Source: Eledone cirrhosa (taxonomy: Eukaryota). From it: 64,000 bases of DNA. The translations under genes were made by a program, and so were the position numbers. Shown here piece after piece: positions 25,189-37,358 of this stretch. The notes below the pieces were generated by a model that worked only from the letters and a program-made list of their open reading frames with translations, was not told the origin of the DNA and did no database searches. Numbering within the stretch: the stretch's first letter is position 1; each line of letters starts with the position of its first letter. The stretch is taken from contig OZ024746.1 in NCBI GenBank assembly GCA_964016885.1, positions 48,236,001 to 48,300,000 of the forward strand, given 5' to 3'.

Positions 25189-27447
25189 ATAAAGGAAAGA
25201 AATATGTAAATGTTATGTCCATGCAGTTGTTTTGGATTTGATCTCTGCATTTTTGCTTTGCTTATTTATTTCACTAGCCATGTATAAATTTGAAATAGAG
25301 AGATACATAAAGGAAAAGATGTATGACACTATTTACAAAGGACAAAATAAAACGTTTTTAGGAATGGAATAAAGTGGTTCATTATTTAGATTGCTCTAAT
25401 CTGGCTAGCACGGTCATCAAGAAGGACTATAGTAGAAAAAAAAAAAAAAATTCTATCATAATTTCTGGTCAGTTCAAATCCTGACAGTAGGATTTGGCAG
25501 ATAGAAACTGGAGAAATCTCAAAGAGACTATTCCTCTTTTCGACGGTATACTTACACTACTGACAAAAGTTTAATGGCAATACCTGATCCTTCTGAAATT
25601 TTAGCAGTGTACACATGGGCCAAGTTCCATTCTTGAGGCTAACATCCTATAATCCTCTAAACAGTTTCAATAGCTTTGGAAACGGTCATGCATATTATCC
25701 TTACTACCTCTGATCAAGTCATAAAAAAGTAAGTTTAAAAATAAATGGAGTTAACTGTCTCCCTAAGACCATAATGGTCTATTTTATGTTTTTCACAATG
25801 ATTGGAAATCAATATGAAAACTAACATACTGTGATCATATCCTGAACATTGTTTAGCTAGCTACTGATCTGGTACAAAATAACAAATAAGATAAACAGAC
25901 AAGCTTACTTATGTGAAACATTAATAATATTTCAAATATAAAAAATTCTCCACCTACAAGACTATCCACATAAAATTTTCTTAGTTTCTGTTTCTCAGTC
26001 AGAATGGTAATTATTAATTGCTTAAAATAACTATAATTATTAAAAATTAAATGGTCTACTTACACAAATTGACAGTTATGTTTATGTATATATATATTAT
26101 ATATATTTCTAATTAATGATATAGCTAAAATTAACTAAGTGCAAGCTTGGTTGTGTGGTTGAGAAGTTCACTTTGGAACCTTGTGGTTTAAGCTTTAATT
26201 CCTTGAGGAAATATTTTCTTTTATAGGCTTGGATTGACCAATACATCATGAGTGGAATTTGGTAGTTGGGGACTGTGTGGAAGCCCATCTTCGATGTTAG
26301 TGTATGTGTCCATGCTTATATTTAAACCAGTTAAAAACCTGGTGTTTATGTTGTGTCAGTTTGTGTCCTGAAAATTATTGAATTGACAAATCAGTTTGAA
26401 ACAAGTATTGAGGTCAATGTAACAAACTAAACCCTCAAAGACTGCATGGCCATAGTCTAAACTAGTAAAAGAATAAGAAATTAGACAGAGAGGACTGTTC
26501 GGGCATGCTAAGGACATGACAAACTCCCTAGTGGTGGTATCATGATAAAATGCACCCAGTACATTCTGTAAAGTGGTTAACACTAGGAAGTACATTGAAC
26601 CGAGGAAACCATGACAAAAATAGAATGTACAGAGTATGAAATGGTCCTTTGATCTATCTAGGAGGACAGTAGCTCCAATAAAGTACAGACTTGGTATGTA
26701 AAAACCTGTCTAACCCATGGCTGTAAAGTGGTGATGATGATAACTGATAATATTGAATTAACTCTTAACTTTCTGTTCTGCTTGAAACTGCATTAGCAAG
26801 ATACTCTTGAATAGTACAAAACATAATTAACATTAATAATTAAAGTCTCTACTTAAGTTTACTGCAAAGTATCAACATCCTCTGTCCACTAGTAAAGATA
26901 CTATAAACAGTTGAATGACCATATGACCATACCTGTTCCTAGACACGTCATAGCAGATGATGTGTATCATATGTGTATCAATTGGTATTGACCAATTACA
27001 AAGTTTACTAGCAGTTCTATTTGTAAGTAAAGTCTTCTTTATTATGTTTCTAAAGTTAATACAATATAAAACATCTATTTTTACTGTGATATATGATATC
27101 ATCAATAATGCAATATTTTCTTTGCTTCAAGTCTCTCGATATTTCCCCAAATATAATCTTAGACAATTACTCAAACCTATTACTCAAATCAACTTTCTAT
27201 GATGTACTCCAAAATGTTGCCCAGATAAAATACAGGAAATGTATATTTATATGATGAATAAATAAATAGATAAATAAAGACATAATTACAAATTAAATTA
27301 ACAACGTATATCTGATTGTAGTAGTTGTTTTTGATTTAATAGGCAATGAAAATATATTCTCCATAATAAGTAAATAAAATATGACAAATCATTGTATAAT
27401 ATAAAAATATGATCTGAATCAATAGAACCATCATCATTTTACATCAT

Positions 27448-28040
27448 AATAATTGTTTCTACGTTAGGCACAAGGCCAGCAATTACCCAGTGTATTACTG
27501 GTACTTTATTTTATCGACCCCGTAAAGATGAAAGGCAAAGTTAACCTCGGCGGGATTTGAACTCAGAATGACAAGGGCCGTAACTCTATGCGTCAAAGCA
27601 AGGCGTCCGACCCTCTACCAATACTGCAATAATGCTATCTGCTATAGACACAAGGCCAGCAATTTGAAGGGAAAGGGAAAATCGATTAGATCAACATGAT
27701 TGGTACTTTATTTTATGGACCTAGGATGGGTGAAAGGGAAAGCTAACCTCAGCGGGATTTGAACTCAAAACGTAAAGGGTCGTAACTATGCCACAAAGGA
27801 TGTTGACCAATGCTCGACCAATACTGCCAATCCACTGCTATCATCATAATAATTGTTTCTACTTTTGGCACAAGGCCAGCAAATAACCCAGTGCATTACT
27901 GGTACTTTATTTTATCGACCCCGTATGGATGAAAGGCAAAGTTAACCTCGGCGGGATTTGAACTCAGATTGGAAAGGGCCGTAACTCTATGCATCAAAGC
28001 ATGGCGTCCAACCCTCTACCGATACTGCCAATCCACCACC
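27448..28040 (-). mobile_element. Head-to-tail trimer of SINE family C
   Basis: Three reverse-oriented units at about 27448-27628, 27640-27838 and 27848-28040. The middle unit is a longer-tail variant. Confidence 0.9.
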
Positions 28041-28112
28041 CTTTATTATCATAATAATAATCGGAATTGAGCACTAAGATAACTAAAACATAAAATAAAT
28101 TTCGAAATTTAA

Positions 28113-28324
28113 TCCTTTAGCATTTAAACCGGCCGTATCCAGCCAGAATTCTGTCACCTCTTGCTGTTCAAACCGGCTGTAACGGGCTGCTCATATTGAT
28201 GTTAAGGTATTGTTCTCAAAATAAATAACATCAAAATTTCGTAAATTAGAAATTATGTGAGATAATTATGTAAGATAAAGCCTTTACCACACAAATACTA
28301 TAGAGTAATGTAAATACTAAAGGG
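28113..28324 (+). mobile_element. piggyBac-type MITE P1
   Basis: TTAA on both sides, with TIRs and body matching 17211-17430. Confidence 0.9.
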
Positions 28325-28654
28325 TTAATCAAATATCTAATGATAAAAAACAATATTTCATTAGTGAATAAATATGTGACATTTAGATGTTCTCAAGAGT
28401 GTTACGTTTTATATTCTACATTATATGGGTTTGATATGTCTGGTATCAAATAGGTACACCATGTCCCATTGAAAAATCTAAGAAGAAAAGAAAAACCTTA
28501 TACTTATTTTTATTTTCAAGAGATTTGTCTCAGCAAATAATTAAAGCTCTTTAAATTTAGATATTTAGACTCATAAAGAAGTGATTTAAATGATCGTACC
28601 ACTTCAAATATTATACTGTTCTTACTTAGTGTTATATATATATTTATCAGATAA

Positions 28655-28950
28655 AGTATTTGATCAATAGTCAGCTTCATGCTGTCCTGATGTCTTTATA
28701 CGAATGTCTGAGTATTTGTGTTCAGATAAATGGTGCTAAATCGAAACCTTTCAATTTGGGAGTCAAACTCTGCTAAGGGTGTATGCAGTTACCTCTCCTG
28801 TTCAGTATTTACAAACCAACCAGCAGGAGACTCAGGGGTCGACCCCAAGCAAGATGATTGAATAACATCCATGAGCTTGGCTGGTCTCACTTGGGGATCC
28901 AGCTGGAAGGAATGTTTGAGGACTGTCCCTCATGACCCTCTCAGGAATAA
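28655..28950 (+). mobile_element. Internally deleted RTE (Rex3/Expander-like) fossil
   Basis: One frame reads SLYECLSICVQINGAKSKPFNLGVKLC*GCMQLPLLFSIY joined directly to KPTSRRLRGRPQAR*LNNIHELGWSHLGI. Confidence 0.7.
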
Positions 28951-29085
28951 ATAGAAGGAAAAATGAAAAGAAGAAAAAAGAAAAACGAAAAAGGAGAAAA
29001 AGAAAAAAAAAAAAGAAAAGAGAAAAAGAAGAAACGGAATGAAAAAGAAAGAGAAAGAATGAAAAAGAAGGAGGAGAAGAAAAAT
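28950..29085. repeat. Purine-rich GAAAA-type low-complexity tract
   Basis: Visible directly in the sequence. Confidence 0.85.
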
Positions 29086-29914
29086 CTCCAGCTGAGTTTC
29101 CCACAGAACAGGAAACTGTGTTCCAATAAATCCAATTAGAACTAATGTCAGCATGCAGGAATGGCACACGTCTGTTGTTTCTGACAATGCAAGAGCAGCA
29201 TCTCTCATCAACAGTCAGTACATGTAGCTGCTATTCAACTACAGAAAGATAAGTTGATTTATGGTTATGATAGGTTGTTGATAATCCTACTCAGGACTGA
29301 TTTAAGCTACCTTGGGTGGCTTTCATACTTTAGCTGAAGTCTCACTGAGTCTGAAGACAGAAAAAGTTAGTATATCCAAGAGAAATAACCAGGTGCAGGG
29401 CTTACCAATATAGTTAGTCAGTATATAAAAGCTACGATAAAGCTCTTAAGAATTATCAATAGCAGAATCATTAGAGCACTGGAGAAAACTCCTGGCATTT
29501 ATTTATGAATGTTTACATTCTGAGTCAAAATAGCACCAAGATCAACTTTGCCATACATCCTTCCAATATCCAATATTGATTAAGAGCTGGTGCTTGGACT
29601 TCGATGTATGCATTTCTATGGATATAGAAACAGATATTTTGGTATATAAAAAATTAGAGTGGCACCAGTTTTTTACTGGTTCATAGTAGACTGTATAACA
29701 TATTGTCAGACCCCTGAATTATCTGTCAGTCTTTAATTACTCTTGCCACATTCCCCTTCCTGCTGCCAAAAGCTGGGTCAATAGCACTGGTCTGTAAACT
29801 CTGTACATTGGAGCTTTACTAGTCGCTAGTTCTGAGCCAACAAAGCCCAGAACTGACGATAGCCAGAGCCATTTCTCCATGAACTAGCTAAAATAATACC
29901 CATTACATCCTTAA

Positions 29915-30119
29915 CCCTTTAGCATTTAAACCGGTCATATCTGGTCAGAATTCTCTTCCCTCTTTCTCTTCAAACTGGTTGTAATTAGCTGCTCATACTG
30001 ATGTTAAGGCATTGTTCTCAAAATAAATATCAAAATCTCATAGATTCGATATTATGTAAGATAAAGCCTTTGCCACAAAATTACAATAGTATATATAGAA
30101 CAATGTAAATGTTAAAGGG
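29915..30119 (+). mobile_element. piggyBac-type MITE P1
   Basis: TTAA at 29911-29914 and 30120-30123, with CCC...GGG termini. Confidence 0.9.
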
Positions 30120-30303
30120 TTAAAGTATTGATAAAATTGAATACCAGTCAAGTTCTGGTGTCAATCTAATCAACTATATATCCCCCACCTAAACAAAACA
30201 AATCACCCCATGATTTTGTTAGAAATCATTATTGAAATAAAACATTTATTAAACTTATGAATCTATAGCTATTAACATAGAATAGGTTCATTATTTTGTA
30301 AGA

Positions 30304-30490
30304 AGGGCGGTGATTGGCAGTATCGGTAGAGGGTCGGACGCCATGCTTTCCAGCATAGTTACGTCCTTTTACGATCTGAGTTCAAATCCTGCCGAGGTTG
30401 ACTTTGCCTTTCATCCTTACGGGGTCGATAAAATAAAATACCATTAATGCACTGGGTAATTGCTGGCCTTGTGCCTAAAGTAGAAACAAT
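30304..30490 (+). mobile_element. Full-length SINE family C with 14-bp TSD
   Basis: A-box TGGCAGTATCGG and B-box GAGTTCAAATCC. ATTATTTTGTAAGA is duplicated at 30290-30303 and 30489-30502. Confidence 0.92.
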
Positions 30491-31081
30491 TATTTTGTAA
30501 GACTACCACAAAAGACAACTAAATACCAGATAAAATGTGAGAAACACTAGATGCTTTAGATTAGCAATACATTCATAAAACACATGAGTGCATAATTTTA
30601 ACAGATGTTTGAGTGTGATCTGATGGAAATTTGACTGCTATTTCTACCCAAGCTGGTCTGGTATCATAGATAGATGCCTATCTAATTGGCTTGTCAGATA
30701 ACTAGCTTAAATTGGTGAATAGTCAGTAGCATAATGGTAATTCACTTTTGTGGAATGCTCTCTCTCGCTGAGAATGTGTGTTCATACATAGAGATGCATA
30801 CATACATGCTCACACATGTTCACACCTTCACTTTCTCAAAAAAAAAAAAAAAAAAAAAAAGATTAGAATTTAAATACAATGCTTAATTAATTGCTTGAAT
30901 CACATCTTTTTATAATTTTGAAATATTTTTTTCTGAATTTCATCAGTTACCAAATCAACAATAGAGAGCTGGAAGGCATATTGGGATTTATAATAGGGAA
31001 ACCAGCTAAAATCTCTCTCTTACACACACAATCATCATCATCATTTGGTGTGAGTGTGAGTGTGTGTGTGTGTGTGTGAAG

Positions 31082-31402
31082 GGTAAAAAGTAAAGACCCC
31101 CTTTGGTCACAGATGACCATGGAATTTGCATGTAGAAAGTTCCTCTCTGAAGCACAAGTCCAGGCAAGGGGGAAAACCAGCAGTCCTCTGTGCTTGCCAG
31201 TCTCCCCTCTCAATGCCACCGGTGTTGTCCAAGAGAAAGGCAAAGGTCGATACAACTTGGGACCAGTGATATATTAACTCATTTCTACAGCTGGAAATAA
31301 AGTATCTTGCTCAAGAATAGAGCACATCGCCCAGTCCAGGAATCCAACTCACAACCTCACGATTTCAAATCCATCGCTGTAACCACTAAGCCATGTGCCT
31401 TC
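31082..31402 (-). mobile_element. SINE family B (tRNA/CORE-like head as in family A, different tail)
   Basis: The head at 31278-31402 aligns with family A. The tail ends ...GGGGTCTTTACTTTTTAC. A second copy lies at 52724-53066. Confidence 0.8.
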
Positions 31403-31474
31403 ATACACATATATATCTATATATAGGGCAAATGACATTACATTTTGTTGATGATGATGATTATATATATATAT

Positions 31475-31562
31475 ATTGATCCAGCCTGATTATGTATGTC
31501 ATTGAATTTCTGTAATATTACAGAAACTCAATGACATACATAGATAATCAGGCTGGATCAAT
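31475..31562. repeat. 88-bp near-perfect palindrome
   Basis: 42-nt and 46-nt arms with no spacer (centre TGTAAT|ATTACA), one mismatch and one 4-nt bulge. Confidence 0.95.
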
Positions 31563-33006
31563 TCACATCATACCACCATGACTGCTACCACTACTACTGC
31601 TACCTTCACCAATACCAAGTAGATTACAAAATTATCTCAGTGCTATAGTATAAGCTTGACAGAGTATCTCTATACATGCATACACAGTTGTTCTTTGGGA
31701 ATTTTGCTGGCATAACAGTCTAGTTAAAAAGTTCAATCTGCAACTATGTCATACTGGGTTCAATTCCACTGTGAAACCCCTTGGGCATTTTCTATCACAG
31801 ACCCAAATCAAACCAAGCCTTGCGAGTGAAGTATGTAAATGGAAACTGTATGGAATGCTGCCAAATAGAACACAGTTTGGGAGAGATAATTTGTTGCCAT
31901 GAATACACTAAGATCCAGCTCATGACTGCTTGACTGCTCTTAGCAGAATCACCTCATCTGTAACACCTGTACCACATCTAGTCACAAGACAACTGGATAT
32001 GTTGATGTGATGCTTCCTACTGTATCAATTAAAAAAATACTGGCTTCTTCCACCTTTCTCTCCTGCTACTTTTGGTGGTACTGCAAAAATGTCACAGGTA
32101 CTGTCCTTTCCAAAATGCCAATGATTGGTTGGTGTGTGTGTGTATGTATGTACACGTTTGTGCATAGGTTATATGTTTCTCGTGTCTGAAACACTTAAAT
32201 ATTCATGTCTGTGTGTGCACCTACGAATTAGATATGTGTAAATGTTTATACACGGTGGTGCAGTCTTGGTTACATACTGAATAGCTTTATCATACACTTT
32301 GGCTGCTAGCACACACCTTACTCTGTGTGTGTGATAGATAATACAAATGTATGAACTTTACATATAAATAGAAATGTGTGTATTATATGTATGTGTGCGT
32401 GTGTGTGTGTGTGTGTACACAACCAAACAGAAAAATTTTGGGAAAAGAGTTCAGATATTTTTTACTGCAATGTGAGCCAAGTTATTTGAAATTAAGTATA
32501 TGTTGACATATTGTTACCTTGGGCAACTTTTCAATGTATGTATAGCAGGTTAATAAATGCATCACTCTTTGTTAATTGCTCGATTTGGGTAGAGAGCCAG
32601 ACAAAATGCTTTAATGTATCTAGTTCAGTCGTTTTTAGTATTGAGTTCAACTCTTATTCAGGGCTAATATTTCAAATGCCAACAATATACTAAGTTGATA
32701 CATTGTTCTTAAGAAATCATACTGTTATTGTTGTAAGAAACGCTTAATGCAAATACATATTTAATGAAAAAAGATGAGAGCCAAACAATCACCGGACTGA
32801 ATGATAACATTCATCTTTTGTTGAATTATTGTCACTTTATAACTGTGGGAAAAGCTTGACGATTGAAATGTCCACATTTCCATCTTCCAAATATTAAGAC
32901 ATATGAAAATAAAAGTTTAAGCATACTTTATGTTCACATAATAAAGAGAAATTTTAACTCATGCAAATTCCTTTTAGCTTTGAAGTTGTTAGGTAGAATG
33001 AAAAGG

Positions 33007-33044
33007 TTGTATTGGTTGAATATATATATATTCAACCAATACAA
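33007..33044. repeat. 38-bp perfect palindrome around (TA)n
   Basis: TTGTATTGGTTGAATATATATATATTCAACCAATACAA equals its own reverse complement. Confidence 0.95.
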
Positions 33045-33219
33045 ATGATTTCTACAGAACTAGAATTCTTTCATTCGCATGAAATCATCAGGAATGAACC
33101 ATTTCTAGTCCTGTAGAAGTCATTTCTATATAAAATAAAAGATACCTATACTCTACCAATGTATTGAGTACTTTTTTTAACTGTGGTTATCCCACAACAC
33201 AACTCGGGAATCTACATAT

Positions 33220-33269
<50 letters not shown>

Positions 33270-33593
33270 TGGAGTGTCTACGGTGTGAGGACTGGGAAGA
33301 CCACAAAACAAGGTAAGTATGTAATACATGATGAGATGCAGAGTGGATATGGTTAATAGGTAGAATCCGATAGTTGACCGCAACCATTTTTAACTTGATT
33401 TCCATCAGTTTTTTTCAAGTGAAAAATAAATTGATAACAGACAAAATACCAGAATCAGAGTGCACTCATTCCGATTTAGTAGTGGGGTGGCAATAATTGA
33501 ACAGAGTGAATGAGGTTACCAACAAAATTAATAAAATGAATATCAATCAATTAATGAATCAATTAATAAAAACATATTAAATATATATATATA

Positions 33594-33902
33594 TCATCAT
33601 CATCATACGTCCGCTTTTCCCTGCTTGCAAGGGTGGGACGGGAACTGATTCTGGCTTGATTTCTACAGCTGGATGCCCTTCCTAACACCAACCTCATTTA
33701 CAGTGAGTGCTGGGTGCTTTTTTTCCGTGGCGCCTACACGTCCACTTTGCAGTCCTATCATCTCATTTCTACAGCTGAGTAAACTGGAAATGTGAAATAA
33801 AGTGCCTTGCTCAAGGAAACAACACATCACCTGGTCTGAGAATTGAACTCACAACCTTTCGATTGCAAGGCCAATGCTCTAACCATTAAGCCATGTGCCT
33901 TC
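33594..33902 (-). mobile_element. SINE family A inserted in (TA)n
   Basis: Aligns with 22906-23253. (TA)n on both flanks. The internal hairpin arm is deleted. Confidence 0.9.
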
Positions 33903-34083
33903 ATATATATATATATATTTATTAAAATAACAGATTAAAGTTTAAGCAAAGAATCGCTGCTTTCACTCTTAACGGAATCTTCTGAAACTAAAATAATCAA
34001 TCTGTGAACGCAGAAGTAAATATTTCGAAAAATATTATTATTATATATACATATATACCCCCAAACTAGTGTTGTTTCACCAA

Positions 34084-34335
34084 TATATATCTATAGAAAA
34101 CGAGGTTTTGCATTGAGGTTATTAATTTGACTGAGTTACGAACCATTTATAGATTGGTGGCTCAAGATCTACAGTTGTGTTTTGATTTTGTTTATAAACA
34201 TGTCTGATGAGATAATTGGGGCTGGAGTTGGGTCTATAACATATGGATCTTGAGCGACCCATCTGTGAAACGTTCATAACTGAACCTAATAAATAAAAAC
34301 CTCAATGTGAAACCTCATTTTGTTATGAATGTATA
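34084..34335. mobile_element. Old MITE with about 90-bp imperfect TIRs
   Basis: AAAACGAGGTTTTGCATTGAGGTT...GGCTCAAGATC pairs with GATCTTGAGCG...AACCTCAATGTGAAACCTCATTTT. TA-rich flanks. Confidence 0.75.
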
Positions 34336-34988
34336 CACCCTGCTATAGCATAGAGTGTTGATATTGCTACCTTTCTCAGTAAACCACAAATCTACTGAAT
34401 CAGCTAATATATATATACACACACATACACATACACACACACATAATATTTAAGACTGCTGTTGTTTCATAGGCTTAGCAGAATGGATGGCAAATGCATT
34501 ATCCTGAATGAAATCAAGGGAGATGCACAGAAAAAGCCAGTCCATTTAGGGGGAGGGGAGTTCATTTTTGTGGACAGAAACAAAATATCTTTGTTATTGA
34601 AAACTAAGATAATTAACATTTTAGTGGCCATATGTTTCAGTTAATGTTTGATATAATCAAGAATTTAGCGAGGATTGAATAAAAATCCATATCTTTATAT
34701 ATTGGTATATTATACTGATGTTGACAAACTGAAAACTTAAGTTATCTTTCATGCTGCAATATGATTTTGATAGAGATAATTTAAATTTAAATATGAACAC
34801 TTTAGTATGGGTGATATCAAGCTAGGATGGTATTAAAATAGTTCAAAATCTTTTAAATAAGGAAGTGCTTCTTTGCAAACTACTAAGAAAGATTAATACA
34901 AGTTGAAATTTCTATTATATGAGTAGTACATGAGTAATGACTGGAAGAGTAAAAGTTTGTCTCACCAATAATAAATTATCAAATTCAG

Positions 34989-35018
34989 ATACTCACCTGA
35001 AAAAGAAGAAAAAGAAAA
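34989..35018 (-). promoter_or_regulatory. Juxtaposed 3'/5' splice-site consensus (candidate recursive splice site)
   Basis: The minus strand reads TTTTCTTTTTCTTCTTTTT-CAG|GTGAGTAT. Confidence 0.5.
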
Positions 35019-35148
35019 TATTTAATGAAATTTACTGAATGCAAGATAGCATAGATACTTATATTTAATGGAAATGTTATCACATAAGGTCACACCTATA
35101 CAACGTTTCTGAAGTTGTTATTCATTATTAAGCAAAACAAGGTAAAGA

Positions 35149-35302
35149 CAAGTCAATAATCCTTTATCTAAAATGCTCAGAACTGAAAGTGCTTTGTATG
35201 TATGTGTGAATATATATATATTTGCATGCGTAAAAGGGGAGAGTTTGGTGATGAATCTTCTCAAGGCTTTCAGGAATTTTCCATAAGATATACTTGGATT
35301 AT
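35149..35302. mobile_element. Possible decayed pogo/Tigger-like MITE
   Basis: CAAGTCAATAATCCTTTATCTAAAATGCTC and TTTTCCATAAGATATACTTGG form loosely inverted ends reminiscent of Tigger-type TIRs. Confidence 0.3.
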
Positions 35303-36033
35303 AAAAAGGTATTCATAATTTGTCCTTATGACAAAGAAAGAGGAAAGCCACTGGCTATTTGGCAACATAACTGGAGAAAAGTAGCAAACTTAAAGCATTT
35401 ATTTGAAATTTATCTTATGTAATATAGGATGGACAGAATGGTGGAAATGTATATTTCAAAAAGTCATGAGAAAGAGAAAGACTGACGACGAATAATGAGT
35501 GTAGGGTACAAGTTGTCAACATTCCAATTCAATAAATGTGATGCATTTAATGTAGCAGATTTTGTGTGTAAAAGTCATGATGGAGGTTTTGGCAGTTTCT
35601 GTAGTAAAAGAATTAAAAAAATAATACAATGAGATGCTTTTTCATCTTATGTGTTTCATAAAAGCAGTTTCTGAAACATTGCTATTGATTTACATCTGTT
35701 GGGCCGATAAAACTTTGTGGAATGGTGTGAATGAAATGTCAGTAGCTACAAATTAGCCATCTATATTTATATCTTCAGAGATTAAACGTGAAATATTCAT
35801 CAGGAAGCTTTCAGTTTACAAAGATGAGTAGTCGATCAGCTGACAAGTGAGTAGATATTGTTAGCAGCCATATAAGTATGAATTTTATACATTAAATAAT
35901 ATAGTGCTAATGATGAGTAGCTAATACATATGATAGTATAAGCCTATCTAATATAGAAACACTAAGGTAAATGCTGATTTTGGTGTTGGTAAACTAACTG
36001 ATGATTTTTTCAAAACATCGCACATTACACACA

Positions 36034-36070
<37 letters not shown>

Positions 36071-36418
36071 GTATATATATGTATATATATATGTATATAT
36101 ATATAGATATATATATTCATGTAGACTGGACACTTTCTTGTTGACAAGTGTTTTTAGGCCTCATATCATGTTACCTTATTTTATCTGATGAGAACACAAT
36201 TTTTGTCCCAAGAAGATGTTTTCTAAATGCGCATAATAAAATATATAGAACTTTTTTAACCATCTTTTAATTTCTTCTTTTATATATATATATATATATA
36301 TATAATCATTGTTTTATGTTCATTTTCCATACTAAGTATCAGTAGGATGAGTTATGTTTGAGACTAGACAGATCAGATAATCATGTCCTACTCATATGTT
36401 CCAGTTTGGCGTGTGTGT

Positions 36419-36460
<42 letters not shown>

Positions 36461-36783
36461 GTCGTATGCTTGCTATCAGAAAAAATTGAAATTAAATGAT
36501 AATCATGTGTATAAACACACACCCACACACACTCTCTCTCTCTTTAATTATTGATCAAATTGAGATGTTCAGATAGAAATATAGTAAAATTCTACACTAG
36601 TTTAATTGTGAAGTAAATAACAATCTGCAGCATTTAACTTCTTAGAGATGTTTCACACCCCTTTATATATATTTAAGCACTGATCAAGATTAAGACTAAC
36701 TTCCTATAGTTTGTTCAGAATTTTAATACCTCTATATATTGCACCCTTTCGTAATATTATAGATACATTTTTCAAATTTATAT

Positions 36784-36932
36784 AAATATAGGAAAAAGAA
36801 GTTGAAAATGCAATTGGAGTCTTTAAGAAGATTTATTTACAATAACTTTACTGGTTTGGAAACTTTAAACCAGTTATTGTAAATAAATATTGAAGACCCC
36901 AATTGAATCTTCAATTTCTTTTTCCTATATTT
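36784..36932. repeat. About 150-bp foldback (hairpin MITE-like)
   Basis: AAATATAGGAAAAAGAAGTTGAAAATGCAATTGGAGTCTT...TTTATTTACAATAACT pairs with AGTTATTGTAAATAAA...AAGACCCCAATTGAATCTTCAATTTCTTTTTCCTATATTT. Confidence 0.9.
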
Positions 36933-37174
36933 TTATCTCTTACTTTCTCATGTTTATATATAAATAAATATATACGTGTGGTGTGTGTGTGTTGTGTGTA
37001 AACAAACATATTTTTACTCAGAAATTATTTTTTCTATTTTGTGTTTTGCTATTCTCTATTTTACAATTTTGTAACATCATCATCGTTTTTACATCTGTGA
37101 GTAACATATCTTTAAAGTTTATTTTATTCTGCATTTTATACTTTAATACTTTTAACATTATTTTGTTTAATAAC

Positions 37175-37358
37175 GGTGGATTGGCAGTATCGGTAGAAGG
37201 TCGGACGCCATGCTTTCCAGCATAGTTATGTCCCTTTACGATCTGAGTTCAAATCCCGCCGAAGTTGACTTTGCCTTTCATCCTTACGGGGTCGATAAAA
37301 TAAAGTACCAGTAATGCACTGGGTAATTGCTGGCCTTGTGCCTAAAAGTAGAAACAAT
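37175..37358 (+). mobile_element. Full-length SINE family C with 18-bp TSD
   Basis: ATTATTTTGTTTAATAAC at 37157-37174 and 37357-37374. Closely similar to 30304-30490. Confidence 0.92.

Noticed and set aside
28832-29211. Phe-rich, membrane-protein-like ORFs
   Set aside because: Reverse translation of a GAAAA low-complexity tract.
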